DNA from: Bdellovibrionales bacterium
GTDB lineage: Bacteria; Bdellovibrionota; Bdellovibrionia; Bdellovibrionales; UBA1609
DNA: 64,000 nt
Assembly (NCBI GenBank): GCA_050246815.1
Contig: JBFWVI010000005.1
Span: 32,001-96,000 of the forward strand
Reading direction: 5' to 3'
Within the stretch, counting starts at the first letter, position 1; each line of letters begins with the position of its first letter. The translations under genes were made by a program, and so were the position numbers. Positions 9,680-18,862 of the stretch are shown piece by piece. The notes beneath the pieces are model-generated. The model was not told where the DNA came from. It saw only the letters and a program-made list of their open reading frames with translations, and did no database searches.

Positions 9680-10516
9680 ATGGGATTACGAGTTTCAACA
9701 AATATTGCGGCAATCAATGCGCAACGCAACTTAGTGGGTAGCCAAACCCAAATTCAAGACAGCTTAGCCAAACTGGCAAGCGGAAGCCGAATCAACAAAG
9801 CCGCTGACGACGCCGCTGGTCTTGCGATTTCGGAAAATTTAAAAGGCCAAATTCGTTCGGCCCGCCAAGCTAACCGTAACGCCAACGATGGTATTTCGAT
9901 GGTGCAAACGGCTGAAGGTGGTTTGAACGAGATCAGCAACATCATCATCCGCATGCGTGAGTTGGGCATCCAAGCCGCTTCGGACACGATCGGTGACACT
10001 GAGCGTGGCTTCATCGACAAAGAGATTCAACAAGCCAAATCGGAGCTTCAGCGTATTGCGTCTGTGACCACTTGGGGCACGACCAAATTGCTGGACGGTT
10101 CGACTCCGATTTTCGACTTCCAAGTCGGTTTATACAACAATGCAGAAGAAGATCGCATCAGCTTTGACTCTTCGGTCAACGTGGCGACTTTAGATGCCTT
10201 GGGGTTGGCAGGCGTGGACTACACCAGTAAAGAAGGCGCCCAAACCGCGCTGCAAGCTCTGGATGTGGCCCAAACTAACGTCAACGGCATGCGCGCCAAT
10301 CTTGGTGCTCTGCAAAACCGTCTGACCTCGACAACCAACAACTTGTTGATTGCAGAGGAAAATATGGCGGCTTCGAACAGCCGTATCCGTGACACTGACG
10401 TGGCGCAGGCCTCGGCAGAATTGACCCGCAACAACATTTTGCTGCAAGCGTCAACGGCTGCCCTGGCTCAAGCGAACACCACCAGCAGCGTCGCCCTGAG
10501 CTTGATCCGTGGCTAA
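9680..10516 (+). CDS. fliC: Flagellin (short, 278 aa)
   Basis: LASGSRINKAADDAAGLAISE; RANLGALQNRL; SRIRDTDVA. Confidence 0.97.
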   Translation: MGLRVSTNIAAINAQRNLVGSQTQIQDSLAKLASGSRINKAADDAAGLAISENLKGQIRSARQANRNANDGISMVQTAEGGLNEISNIIIRMRELGIQAASDTIGDTERGFIDKEIQQAKSELQRIASVTTWGTTKLLDGSTPIFDFQVGLYNNAEEDRISFDSSVNVATLDALGLAGVDYTSKEGAQTALQALDVAQTNVNGMRANLGALQNRLTSTTNNLLIAEENMAASNSRIRDTDVAQASAELTRNNILLQASTAALAQANTTSSVALSLIRG

Positions 10517-10547
10517 TTAAGCCATTCCCATCAGTAGATCCAATTTC

Positions 10548-10640
10548 GGGCCATCCGCAAGGATGGTCCTTTTGAAGACCACCCTAAAATGGGTGGGTCC
10601 CTTAGAGACCCACCTGAAAAAAGGTGGTCTTCTTTTTTTT
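10548..10640 (+). terminator. Compound terminator region of three tandem hairpins
   Basis: GGGCCATCC-GCAA-GGATGGTCC-TTTT, then two GACC(C)ACC-type hairpins ending in a T8 run. Confidence 0.75.
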
Positions 10641-10710
10641 CTAGGCAACCCCGCTAAACATCATTACGATGGGCCCTTGTAGTTGTTTTTTTAATTTCAG
10701 GAGTATGTCC

Positions 10711-11196
10711 ATGGCGAAAAAGAAGAAAAAAGCGACCAAGAAAGCAGCGGCTAAAAAAGCCAAAAAGGTAACCAAAAAAGCGGCTAAAAAGGCGACCAAA
10801 AAAGCTGCCCCCAAAAAGGCGGCTAAGAAATCGACCAAAAAGGCCGCAAAAAGCACGGTCAAAAAGGCAACCGCGAAGAAGGCGGCGCCCAAAGCCGTAA
10901 AGGCAACCAAACCGGCAAAAGCCTCTAAGCCCAATGTCCCTTCACTTGAGGACATTGTGTCGGACAACAACCCGACCAAACCCATGGGCAACCCGTTCAA
11001 ACCCGACAATAAAAAGCCCGTCGTGCCGGCCCACGCTGCAGGCACCGATGACGACGACAAAATGGGTTTTTCGGATATGGACGAAGAGATCGGCACCACC
11101 GACGATTTCACGGACTTAGAAAGTGAATCATTTGAAGAGGCCGAAGAAGCCGATGAAGAAGATCTCGAATCGGACGACGAAGAGGGTTACTTCTAA
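10711..11196 (+). CDS. Histone H1-like K/A-rich protein with an acidic C-terminal tail
   Basis: RBS AGGAG; repeated KKAAKKAT units, then D/E-rich tail (EEAEEADEEDLESDDEEGYF). Confidence 0.85.
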   Translation: MAKKKKKATKKAAAKKAKKVTKKAAKKATKKAAPKKAAKKSTKKAAKSTVKKATAKKAAPKAVKATKPAKASKPNVPSLEDIVSDNNPTKPMGNPFKPDNKKPVVPAHAAGTDDDDKMGFSDMDEEIGTTDDFTDLESESFEEAEEADEEDLESDDEEGYF

Positions 11197-11225
11197 ATCT
11201 AGTCCTTTTAATTTGAAGACTCTTA

Positions 11226-11252
11226 AAAAGACCCGGTTACCCGGGTCTTTTT
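11226..11252. terminator. Bidirectional intrinsic terminator
   Basis: AAAAGACCCGG-TTAC-CCGGGTCTTTTT between convergent genes. Confidence 0.85.
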
Positions 11253-11293
11253 ATTTGTGCATCGCATCATCTGGCGGCAGGCACGGCTAGCCC

Positions 11294-12400
11294 TTAAAAA
11301 GAACTCATGACCCTCAAGCGATTGGCCATAATATGATCCCGCAACCTGGTCCGGTGCTCGGGCCAGGTCCCAGCAAGACTGCTCTGAGAGATTTTTTCGG
11401 CCTCTTCCAAATGGCTTAAAAAACTGAGTGCACGCACATACATCTGCGGCGGGTTAAATAAAGTCGATTTAAAGTGGTCGCGCAACCAATCCAAAGGACT
11501 AACTTCATTGCGGCCCCGCGGGTTTTTTAAATCTTTTAGAATATGTCCCAAAATCAAGTCGGCCACGGCATCGACGCGCCCCTGGTCACCCGACAGCACC
11601 GACAAAACTAAAAAACCAACCATGCCGGTGACGTGATCCACGTCCCGCACCAGTTCCGCTTCGATTTGCTTCAGCTTCGGCTCAAGAATGGTTTTTTCAA
11701 ACTCGGTGTTTTGCGAGTCTTCGCGCAAATATTGGCGCAACGCTAAAAAGGCCTGCACCCGCTTTTGCAAAAAAATCCGGTATTCTTCAGGCAAAAGCAA
11801 ACTGGCCAGATGCAAAAAATCGTGCAGGTAGTGATTCATGTTTTTACGCGGCGAGGCCAATGGCAAAAGCACGTCCCCCGTGCTGCCAAAATGAATTAGA
11901 TACTGCAACCGACTGACAGCCCGTTGAGCATAAAAGCCCACCGACCATTGCGGAAGCCGACTTTTCAATTGCGACACATTTTTGATCAACTCCTCGGGCA
12001 GTGGTGCCCTTAAGCTATTGCCTTCGAGCCAAAAGCCAAGACTTTTGCCCGCCGCCGGGCCAAAAATCACCAGCGGCCAACGCACGTCGCCCAGTGGATC
12101 CACATCGCCGATGGTGGTGAAATTCGACAGCCATCGCCCCAGCAGACTTTCAATCAGCAAATGCTCGTCAGCGTGATTCTCGGTCTCGACCCAATAGACT
12201 TTGATCGGAGCCTGCAGATCACTTGGGGTATCGGGGTCTTCTGAAAACAAGGTGTCCACATGGGTATGAAACTCATCGACGACTTGGCTTAACCACAAAT
12301 CGCAAGTCCCTGGCTCGGTTTCTTCAGCCCAAACCTGGAAGCACAAGACCAGCAACACAAAAGAAAGACATCTTAAGAAATAAACCCCGCCCACAAACAA
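11294..12400 (-). CDS. Secreted hypothetical protein
   Basis: 368-aa ORF; signal peptide (VWA) then CDLWL; internal HDFLH; start codon uncertain. Confidence 0.7.
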   Translation of the reverse strand: MFVGGVYFLRCLSFVLLVLCFQVWAEETEPGTCDLWLSQVVDEFHTHVDTLFSEDPDTPSDLQAPIKVYWVETENHADEHLLIESLLGRWLSNFTTIGDVDPLGDVRWPLVIFGPAAGKSLGFWLEGNSLRAPLPEELIKNVSQLKSRLPQWSVGFYAQRAVSRLQYLIHFGSTGDVLLPLASPRKNMNHYLHDFLHLASLLLPEEYRIFLQKRVQAFLALRQYLREDSQNTEFEKTILEPKLKQIEAELVRDVDHVTGMVGFLVLSVLSGDQGRVDAVADLILGHILKDLKNPRGRNEVSPLDWLRDHFKSTLFNPPQMYVRALSFLSHLEEAEKISQSSLAGTWPEHRTRLRDHIMANRLRVMSSF

Positions 12401-12423
12401 ACCTTTGCCTCACAAAACAAAAA

Positions 12424-12448
12424 CGGCTCTGCCTTTTCAACAGAGCCG
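12424..12448 (-). terminator. Terminator of the sigma-54 activator gene
   Basis: CGGCTCTG/CAGAGCCG stem followed on the minus strand by TTTTT. Confidence 0.65.
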
Positions 12449-12483
12449 CGTCGCCCTCAAAGAGAAACCTGAATTTAAAAAAT

Positions 12484-13569
12484 CTAGTTCACACCCGGAG
12501 TTTTGATTCCCGGCATCGGCTTGGTGTGAACCGCATAGCGTTCAAACTCGCCGTACTCATGCAATTTGTTGTAAAGCGTCTTGATGGTGATACCCAGTGC
12601 ATTGGCGGCCTGAGTTTTATTGCCGTCAAAGTAGTTCAGGGCCTTCAAGATGTAGCGCTTTTCAAGTTCGTGCAGGGTCATCGTGGGATCGTAATCGTCG
12701 ATCACGATCTTTTGATCCGGGTTTTTAATATGCTCAGGCAAATCGCCCGGCATGATCACATGGCCTTCCGACAAGATCTGCAGGCGCTCACAAACGTTTT
12801 GCAGTTCTCGGATATTTCCCGGCCAGTCGTATTTCATCAAGATTTTCATCGCGTCTTCTGACATCTGACGGCCGCGGTTCAGCATGCCGGTCTGATTGTG
12901 CGCCAAGAAGTACTCGACCAAAGATTGAATATCTTCTTTACGACGACGAAGCGGCGGCGAATGCACCATGATGGTGTTAATACGATAGAACAGGTCTTCG
13001 CGGAAATTGCCGCGAACCACTTCTTTATCCAATTCTTTATTCGTGGCGCTGAGCAGCCGGATGTCGACCTTGATCGGATCCTTGCCACCCACGCGATAGA
13101 TTTCGCCCTCTTGCAAGAAGCGCAAAAGCTTCGACTGAATACCAGGGCTCAATTCGCCAATTTCATCCAAGAACAAGGTCCCGCCGGTGGCCACTTCAGC
13201 CAAACCGATCTTGCGCGAGTAAGCACCAGTAAAGGCGCCTTTCTCGTGACCGAACAATTCGCTTTCTAAAAGAGTTTCACGTAAAGCGCCGCAGTTGATC
13301 GCCACAAAAGGCTTGTGACGACGGTTGCTGCGTTCATGAATGGCATTGGCGATCAGTTCTTTACCTGTGCCGCTTTCGCCCAAAACCAAAACGGTGGCGT
13401 TCGAAGGTGCCACGCGATCCACCATGCGCATCAACTGACGCATGACTTCCGATTTGAAGACGATTTTCTTGTTGCTGTCGACCATGGTCGAACCAGTCAA
13501 AGTCGTTGAGCTCGGCAAAGCCTGATTCTCAACCGGAGGTAGGATCGAGGTCTTATCAACTCCAGACAT
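12484..13569 (-). CDS. Sigma-54-dependent transcriptional activator (AAA+ and HTH, no sensory domain)
   Basis: GESGTGKE, ELFGHEKGAFTGA, LFLDEIGE, WPGNIREL, C-terminal Fis-type HTH; only about 35 aa before the AAA+ domain. Confidence 0.95.
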   Translation of the reverse strand: MSGVDKTSILPPVENQALPSSTTLTGSTMVDSNKKIVFKSEVMRQLMRMVDRVAPSNATVLVLGESGTGKELIANAIHERSNRRHKPFVAINCGALRETLLESELFGHEKGAFTGAYSRKIGLAEVATGGTLFLDEIGELSPGIQSKLLRFLQEGEIYRVGGKDPIKVDIRLLSATNKELDKEVVRGNFREDLFYRINTIMVHSPPLRRRKEDIQSLVEYFLAHNQTGMLNRGRQMSEDAMKILMKYDWPGNIRELQNVCERLQILSEGHVIMPGDLPEHIKNPDQKIVIDDYDPTMTLHELEKRYILKALNYFDGNKTQAANALGITIKTLYNKLHEYGEFERYAVHTKPMPGIKTPGVN

Positions 13570-13736
13570 ACGTACAGCCCCTTCGCTTTAGTTTTTAATA
13601 AGATCCGATTAAGGACCCGCTACTAACGTTCTGCAGCAATAACGTAACACGGCGTTCTAACAGATGCTTAATATGTAAGCAAGGCAATTTTGCACGGCGC
13701 AGTGAAGGAATTCTAAGCCTATGATATGACCTAGTA

Positions 13737-14717
13737 ATGCCCCAAACGCCCCAGACGAACCTAGCCTTGCTGGCTATTAACTATCTGAAACACCAGCACT
13801 TTGTAAGAGCTGCATCGACAGGTACTTCCAAGTCTTATGCCAATGACCTCAGCCAATTCTTACACCCATTTGGTATAAAAACGATTTTATACGCTCCTGA
13901 GAGCAGTAGAGTTTTTACTGTCGTGTTTTCTAACGGATTTGAAAATTTTTCAGAGTCCTCTCCTGCGCAAATTGTCAGCCCAGAGACGCTTTATGACCTT
14001 TTAAGAGTGGCCCAAGAACGTTGGCGATGGCTTGCGACGGCCTCCCGAAATCGCAAACTGGCATGCCTGAAAAGCTTCTTTAAATGGCTTTACCAAGAAA
14101 GATGGCTCGAAAAGGACATGGCCGCCCAGGTGATCATGCCCAAGGTGCCCACCCGTCTTCCCCACTTCATCGCCGTGGACGAAGCCTTGAACGTGATCCG
14201 TACACTAGAAGCTCAAGGTCCCCCAGCCCGTGAACGCCTGGCCTTGATCCTTCTATTATATGGAGGCGGTCTTCGGGTCAGCGAGGCCTGCACCCTAGCC
14301 TGGAAGAATATCGACCCAAAAGCGCGCACCATCAAGGTGTTGGGTAAAGGGAGCAAGGAGCGCCTGGTTGCCCTGCCGGATTTATGCTGGCCCACTTTAA
14401 GTGGGCTTGAGCGGCGAGGGGCTTATGTTTTTGGCGAGCGCCCATTGAGCCCGCGCAAGGCTTATCAGATGGTGCGCGAAGCAGGCGCCTTGTGTGGGCT
14501 GATCAAACCTTTACATCCTCACGCACTTCGGCACTCCTACGCCACTCACTTGCTGGCGGATGGCGCTGATTTACGTGTGCTGCAAGAGTTGTTGGGCCAC
14601 AGCTCCCTGACCGCCACACAAAAATATACTCATCTTTCAGTGGATCATTTGGCGCGATCCTTAGAACAACATCATCCGCTTTCAAAAGAAGATTCCACCG
14701 ACAAAACCTCTGACTAA
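13737..14717 (+). CDS. XerC/XerD-family tyrosine recombinase
   Basis: GLRVSE, GKGSKER, HPHALRHSYATHLL, LLGHSSLTATQKYTH. Confidence 0.92.
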   Translation: MPQTPQTNLALLAINYLKHQHFVRAASTGTSKSYANDLSQFLHPFGIKTILYAPESSRVFTVVFSNGFENFSESSPAQIVSPETLYDLLRVAQERWRWLATASRNRKLACLKSFFKWLYQERWLEKDMAAQVIMPKVPTRLPHFIAVDEALNVIRTLEAQGPPARERLALILLLYGGGLRVSEACTLAWKNIDPKARTIKVLGKGSKERLVALPDLCWPTLSGLERRGAYVFGERPLSPRKAYQMVREAGALCGLIKPLHPHALRHSYATHLLADGADLRVLQELLGHSSLTATQKYTHLSVDHLARSLEQHHPLSKEDSTDKTSD

Positions 14718-14777
14718 CAGCGCCCCGGCTAGACGACATCAGCGAAGCTTGTTAAGCAGGACTAGTGAGGGCCTGAA

Positions 14778-15314
14778 GTGAAACGCAAAGCCGTATTTTT
14801 GGATCGCGATGGAACCCTGATCGTCGATCGTATTTATCTTAACGACGTAAAACAAATCGAATACCTGCCCGGAGTATTCACTGCACTACGCCTGCTGCGC
14901 GACCACGGCTATGTTTTTTTGATCGCCACCAATCAATCAGGCGTGGCCCGTGGCATAGTGGATATTGGAAATCTGTACGCTATCCACTCCCAAATTAAAG
15001 CCGACTTTGCCCGTGAAGGTGTGGACCTGCTCGAGTTCTATTATGCCCCTTATATGACCGACACCAATCACCCTTTGCGTAAACCCAACCCCGGTATGCT
15101 TGAACGTGGCGCCTGGGACTACAATGTGGATTTGCGACAAAGCTGGATGGTCGGCGATCGCATGACCGACGTTGAAGCGGGCCATCGCGCCGGATGCAAA
15201 AGTGCGCTGATGGGAGTGCAAGAATCTCCGCAAGGGTCTTCATACGCAGCCCCCGAAATTCACGCCCCTGGCTTATATGACGTGGCTGAGCAGATTTTAG
15301 CCTTCTCAATCTGA
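14778..15314 (+). CDS. gmhB: D-glycero-D-manno-heptose-1,7-bisphosphate phosphatase (HAD-IIIA)
   Basis: FLDRDGTL, TNQSGVARG, RKPNPGM, MVGDRMTD. Confidence 0.85.
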   Translation: MKRKAVFLDRDGTLIVDRIYLNDVKQIEYLPGVFTALRLLRDHGYVFLIATNQSGVARGIVDIGNLYAIHSQIKADFAREGVDLLEFYYAPYMTDTNHPLRKPNPGMLERGAWDYNVDLRQSWMVGDRMTDVEAGHRAGCKSALMGVQESPQGSSYAAPEIHAPGLYDVAEQILAFSI

Positions 15315-15401
15315 GACGATGAAAGGTTGCTCACATTTGTATCGAGGAGCGATTTAAGAGAGGCTTCTCAACTTGGAGCGTCTTGGCTTGGGATACTTGA
15401 T

Positions 15402-15428
15402 CAAGTTCAAGTCCTTAAAAACCGAAAA
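15402..15428 (+). promoter_or_regulatory. Possible sigma-28 promoter of the FecR-domain gene
   Basis: CAAG-N15-ACCGAAAA, same geometry as the site at 54106-54132. Confidence 0.35.
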
Positions 15429-15467
15429 ATAATCATAGCCTTAGCTGTGCTTTGAGGAGAGGTTTTT

Positions 15468-16637
15468 ATGGCCTTTTATAGAACGTTTGTGGTGCTTTCT
15501 CTGAGCCTAACTTTTGCCGCCGTCACGCCTGCTTGGGCCGCCGAAGCTCATGGGGTCTTGCAAGTGGTCAAGGGCAACGTGCAAGTCAAGTCCGCCAAAG
15601 ATGGCAAAATCAGCAAAGCCAAAGTCGGCGCTAAAATTTTCTCAAAAGACACTATTATCACGGGCAAAGATTCACGTGCCAAAATCGTGATGGTCGACAA
15701 CAACGTGATCAATGTTTCACCCGACACCCATTTGGAAATCCAAAATTACGAATACAAACCCGAGCAGGGCAAAAAAGACGTTCTGCTGAATGTGCTGTAC
15801 GGTAAAGTCCGCTCGAAAGTGGAGCAAAAATACGACGGCAAAAGCAGCAAATTCGAGCTGAAAACGCCGACCGCCGTGGCCGGTGTGCGCGGCACGGATT
15901 TTATGGCGGGATATTCGCCTACGACCAACTCTTCTTCGATCGTCACTTTTGAAGGTAGCGTGGCCTTCGGTCAACCAGGACCAAACGGCACCATTTTGAA
16001 TCCAGTGTCGGTGACACCGGGGCTCACCAGCGAGATGGTGGGCAATCAGCCGCCACCTCCACCTCGCCCCGTGCCGCCTCAGCAGCTGGCGGCTTTGGAT
16101 CGTGACACCAAGGCAGATGCTCCAGCCGCGCCACCGGCCGCAGGCCCGGGTGAACCGCGCACTCCAGCAGCGCAAGAGAAAAATGAAGATAAGAAAGACC
16201 AACCAAATCAGCCTCAACAGCCTGGCGCGGCAAATGAAAATAAAGAAAACAAGGACAACAAACAAGTAAGCAATCCCAACAATAGTGGTGGTGGAACAGC
16301 CGCTGCAGGCCGCGCCGTAGGCAGTGCAGTTGGCGCGTCCGCGAGTGCTGCTGGCAATACGGCCGGCGGCACGACGGCGACACCTTCACCAGGCACAGGA
16401 CCCGGCATGCCCGCCGTTGGTCGTGAGCCCGCTTCGATCGGTGGGGGGGGCTCGATGTTGTTGCCCTCCGATTTTGCCGGCGCGCCAACCGCCAATGTCT
16501 TGCCCAACTTAGGAAGCGTGATGCCCATAATTCCCTCGGTGAATCTGCCTGCTCTGCCAACCAATACAATTTGCGATTTCTGCAATCGCTTGATCGAAGA
16601 CGGCAACAACACACTGATCATTCGCGTGAATCACTAA
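15468..16637 (+). CDS. Secreted FecR-domain protein with a low-complexity Pro/Ala/Gly tail
   Basis: Signal peptide (AWA); DTIITGKDSRA and TPTAVAGVRGTDF FecR motifs; C-terminal CDFC. Confidence 0.85.
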   Translation: MAFYRTFVVLSLSLTFAAVTPAWAAEAHGVLQVVKGNVQVKSAKDGKISKAKVGAKIFSKDTIITGKDSRAKIVMVDNNVINVSPDTHLEIQNYEYKPEQGKKDVLLNVLYGKVRSKVEQKYDGKSSKFELKTPTAVAGVRGTDFMAGYSPTTNSSSIVTFEGSVAFGQPGPNGTILNPVSVTPGLTSEMVGNQPPPPPRPVPPQQLAALDRDTKADAPAAPPAAGPGEPRTPAAQEKNEDKKDQPNQPQQPGAANENKENKDNKQVSNPNNSGGGTAAAGRAVGSAVGASASAAGNTAGGTTATPSPGTGPGMPAVGREPASIGGGGSMLLPSDFAGAPTANVLPNLGSVMPIIPSVNLPALPTNTICDFCNRLIEDGNNTLIIRVNH

Positions 16638-16671
16638 AGTCCAGCGGGCAGTCGTGGCTAGACTTAGAAAT

Positions 16672-16700
16672 GGACCACCAAAAAAGTGGTCCTTTTTTTT
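16672..16700 (+). terminator. Intrinsic terminator
   Basis: GGACCAC-CAAAAAA-GTGGTCC followed by T8. Confidence 0.7.
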
Positions 16701-16747
16701 GCTTCTGCCTCTAAAATCAAAGAGTTATTTCAACTCTGGGGGCTTTC

Positions 16748-18862
16748 TTGGTGCAAACATCTGGCATTCGCATCTTGGCACTTTTTATACTGACGGCATC
16801 TTCTGCCCTTGCGCAAAACACGACACAACCAACGGTGCTCACAAAAGCCTCCGTGGGCCAACAAAACTTAAAAATCGTCTATGGATCACCCGCTTGGAAT
16901 TTAGACAGCACTCGACCAGATAGCGCGTTTTTATTCATGCGCGATAAAACCAGTGGCAAGATCGTCAAAATTCAACTTGAGGAGACCGAGCCCGACTCTT
17001 CGATTTTTTCGGGTAGTTTCGCCATCTCAATGGGCCCAAACGGCGGGGCCGTGGATCCCCAGGTTTATATTCCACCGCGCGACATGCGCAATAACGACGA
17101 AGCCGTAAAAAAATTCAATCAATTGCTTTCATCGGGTCAAATTCAGGCCAAACCCCTGGTGGTCAAGGCCAGCGACTCAGGCTCAAGAATGCTGGACGTC
17201 TACGACACCAAAGACCAAGTGGCCAAAGCGCAGCAGGCTTATGCCAATGAACAGCAGGCCAAGCTCGAGACCAAAAACTCTTTGACCAAACCCATCGTCA
17301 AAACCCAAGAACTTGAAACCGCAAAAAAAGCCGAGCAGCAGAACTTAATCAACCAACTGGCCATCGAAGCGGCCCAGCGCGAAGCAGATCGAGTGCGAAT
17401 CGAACAAATTGAAAGACAAAAAATCCTCGAACGAGAACGTGCGGCGAAGGCTCTCTCAGGCGCAGAGCGCGACAACCGCAAAAAGAAGGCTGCAGAATTC
17501 GCTGCACAAGCGCTTCAGCACTACCAAAAGGGCGAGTTCCAACAAGCTGAAGAAAAATTTAGAAAGAGCGTTGAACTTGATCCCGAGGACAAATCCTACT
17601 ACTTCCGTTATGGCGTTACCTTGTATCGCACCGAAAAATTCAACGACGCGTTAGTGACCATGAAACTCTCACCGCAGGACTCCAAAACCGAATTAGAAAA
17701 AAAATACTACATGGGCTTGATCCACTTGCGATTGAAAGAGCTGGATCCGGCCCTTTTACTGATGAAAGAGGTGGGCGGTCAAAAGCAATCTGAATTGGCC
17801 GCTTCTGCCGCATTTTACGAAGGCATTATCCATTTCACCAAAGAAGACTACGAGGCTTCACGTGAGCCCTTTGAGCGCGTTCTTGACACCTCAACAGATC
17901 CCCGTTTGGATGCTCAAGCTGAAGAGTATTTGGACAAGTTGAGCGCCTTGATTCAGCAGAAAAAAATGATGTCCAAACGCTGGTTCTTGAGTGGCATGAT
18001 CGGCACCATCTACGACTCTAACGTGTTGTATGCGCCTGACACCGAAACCACCCAAGGTGGCGCGACGGCAGAAGGTGACATCCGTCTGCAGGCGTCGGCC
18101 GATGCCGAATACCGTCCGGTCTACAACAACACCCACGAGGCCGGAGTCAAAGCCATGGGGTATTACATGGTGTCGTCCAAAGATGAGGTGTCGCGTGCCG
18201 ACCCTTTCTTGCTGAACCTAGCCGTTCCCTATAGCTACAAGGGCAATGTGTTTGGCAAAGGCTCTAAGGCCGGTTTTAAACCGGGTTTTGAAATGGTCTA
18301 CATGGACGCCAATGTTGATGGCGATCGCGAACTTGTTCTGCAATCCATTTTGCTGAATATGGACAACACCTTTGTTATGCGCAAAGATTGGTTTGCGAAC
18401 TATTCTCTTGAACTTCGCAACGACGACTCAAAAACCGAAGACTCCACCGGCGACAACAACGCCGATGCGGTCAAGATCAGCTTACGCACATCACAGACCT
18501 TCCTGCTGGACAAAGCTATGAAACAAGGTTTGATCGGTTCGGCTGGTTATGTGCTCAATCAAGCTAAGGGCGACAACAAGTCCTATAGTCGCTACGAGTT
18601 AGGCGTGATGTACATGAAACCCACGCGCTGGGACGCCCTCTGGAACATCGGCCTGTCGCTTTATTCGCTGAAGTTCGACAAAGCCGACACAGACCGCAAA
18701 GACACCAACGTCACCTTTTCAACCGGCCTAACCAAGCCAATTAAAGAGTGGGTCAGCTGGAACGTCAGCGGCTCTTATAGCAACAATGCCTCAAGTGAAT
18801 CGGACAATCAGTACAGCCGCTACACCTTGTCGGCTTCAATGATTTTTAATTATTCGCTTTAG
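16748..18862 (+). CDS. TPR-repeat protein with a C-terminal outer-membrane beta-barrel
   Basis: Signal peptide, coiled coil, TPRs, then barrel starting WFLSGMIGTIYDSNV and ending YSRYTLSASMIFNYSL. Confidence 0.8.
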   Translation: MVQTSGIRILALFILTASSALAQNTTQPTVLTKASVGQQNLKIVYGSPAWNLDSTRPDSAFLFMRDKTSGKIVKIQLEETEPDSSIFSGSFAISMGPNGGAVDPQVYIPPRDMRNNDEAVKKFNQLLSSGQIQAKPLVVKASDSGSRMLDVYDTKDQVAKAQQAYANEQQAKLETKNSLTKPIVKTQELETAKKAEQQNLINQLAIEAAQREADRVRIEQIERQKILERERAAKALSGAERDNRKKKAAEFAAQALQHYQKGEFQQAEEKFRKSVELDPEDKSYYFRYGVTLYRTEKFNDALVTMKLSPQDSKTELEKKYYMGLIHLRLKELDPALLLMKEVGGQKQSELAASAAFYEGIIHFTKEDYEASREPFERVLDTSTDPRLDAQAEEYLDKLSALIQQKKMMSKRWFLSGMIGTIYDSNVLYAPDTETTQGGATAEGDIRLQASADAEYRPVYNNTHEAGVKAMGYYMVSSKDEVSRADPFLLNLAVPYSYKGNVFGKGSKAGFKPGFEMVYMDANVDGDRELVLQSILLNMDNTFVMRKDWFANYSLELRNDDSKTEDSTGDNNADAVKISLRTSQTFLLDKAMKQGLIGSAGYVLNQAKGDNKSYSRYELGVMYMKPTRWDALWNIGLSLYSLKFDKADTDRKDTNVTFSTGLTKPIKEWVSWNVSGSYSNNASSESDNQYSRYTLSASMIFNYSL

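Noticed and set aside
10711..10930. Tandem repeats as a possible CRISPR or DNA repeat array
   Set aside because: Degenerate, in-frame and coding (KKAA units); no constant repeat with unique spacers and no cas genes
10641..11111. 156-aa hydrophobic minus-strand ORF
   Set aside because: Antisense shadow of the Lys/Ala repeats (AAA read as TTT)
13737..14717. Tyrosine recombinase as integrase of a mobile element
   Set aside because: Xer-type size and motifs, flanked by core genes; no att repeats, tRNA or phage genes; no dif site recognised
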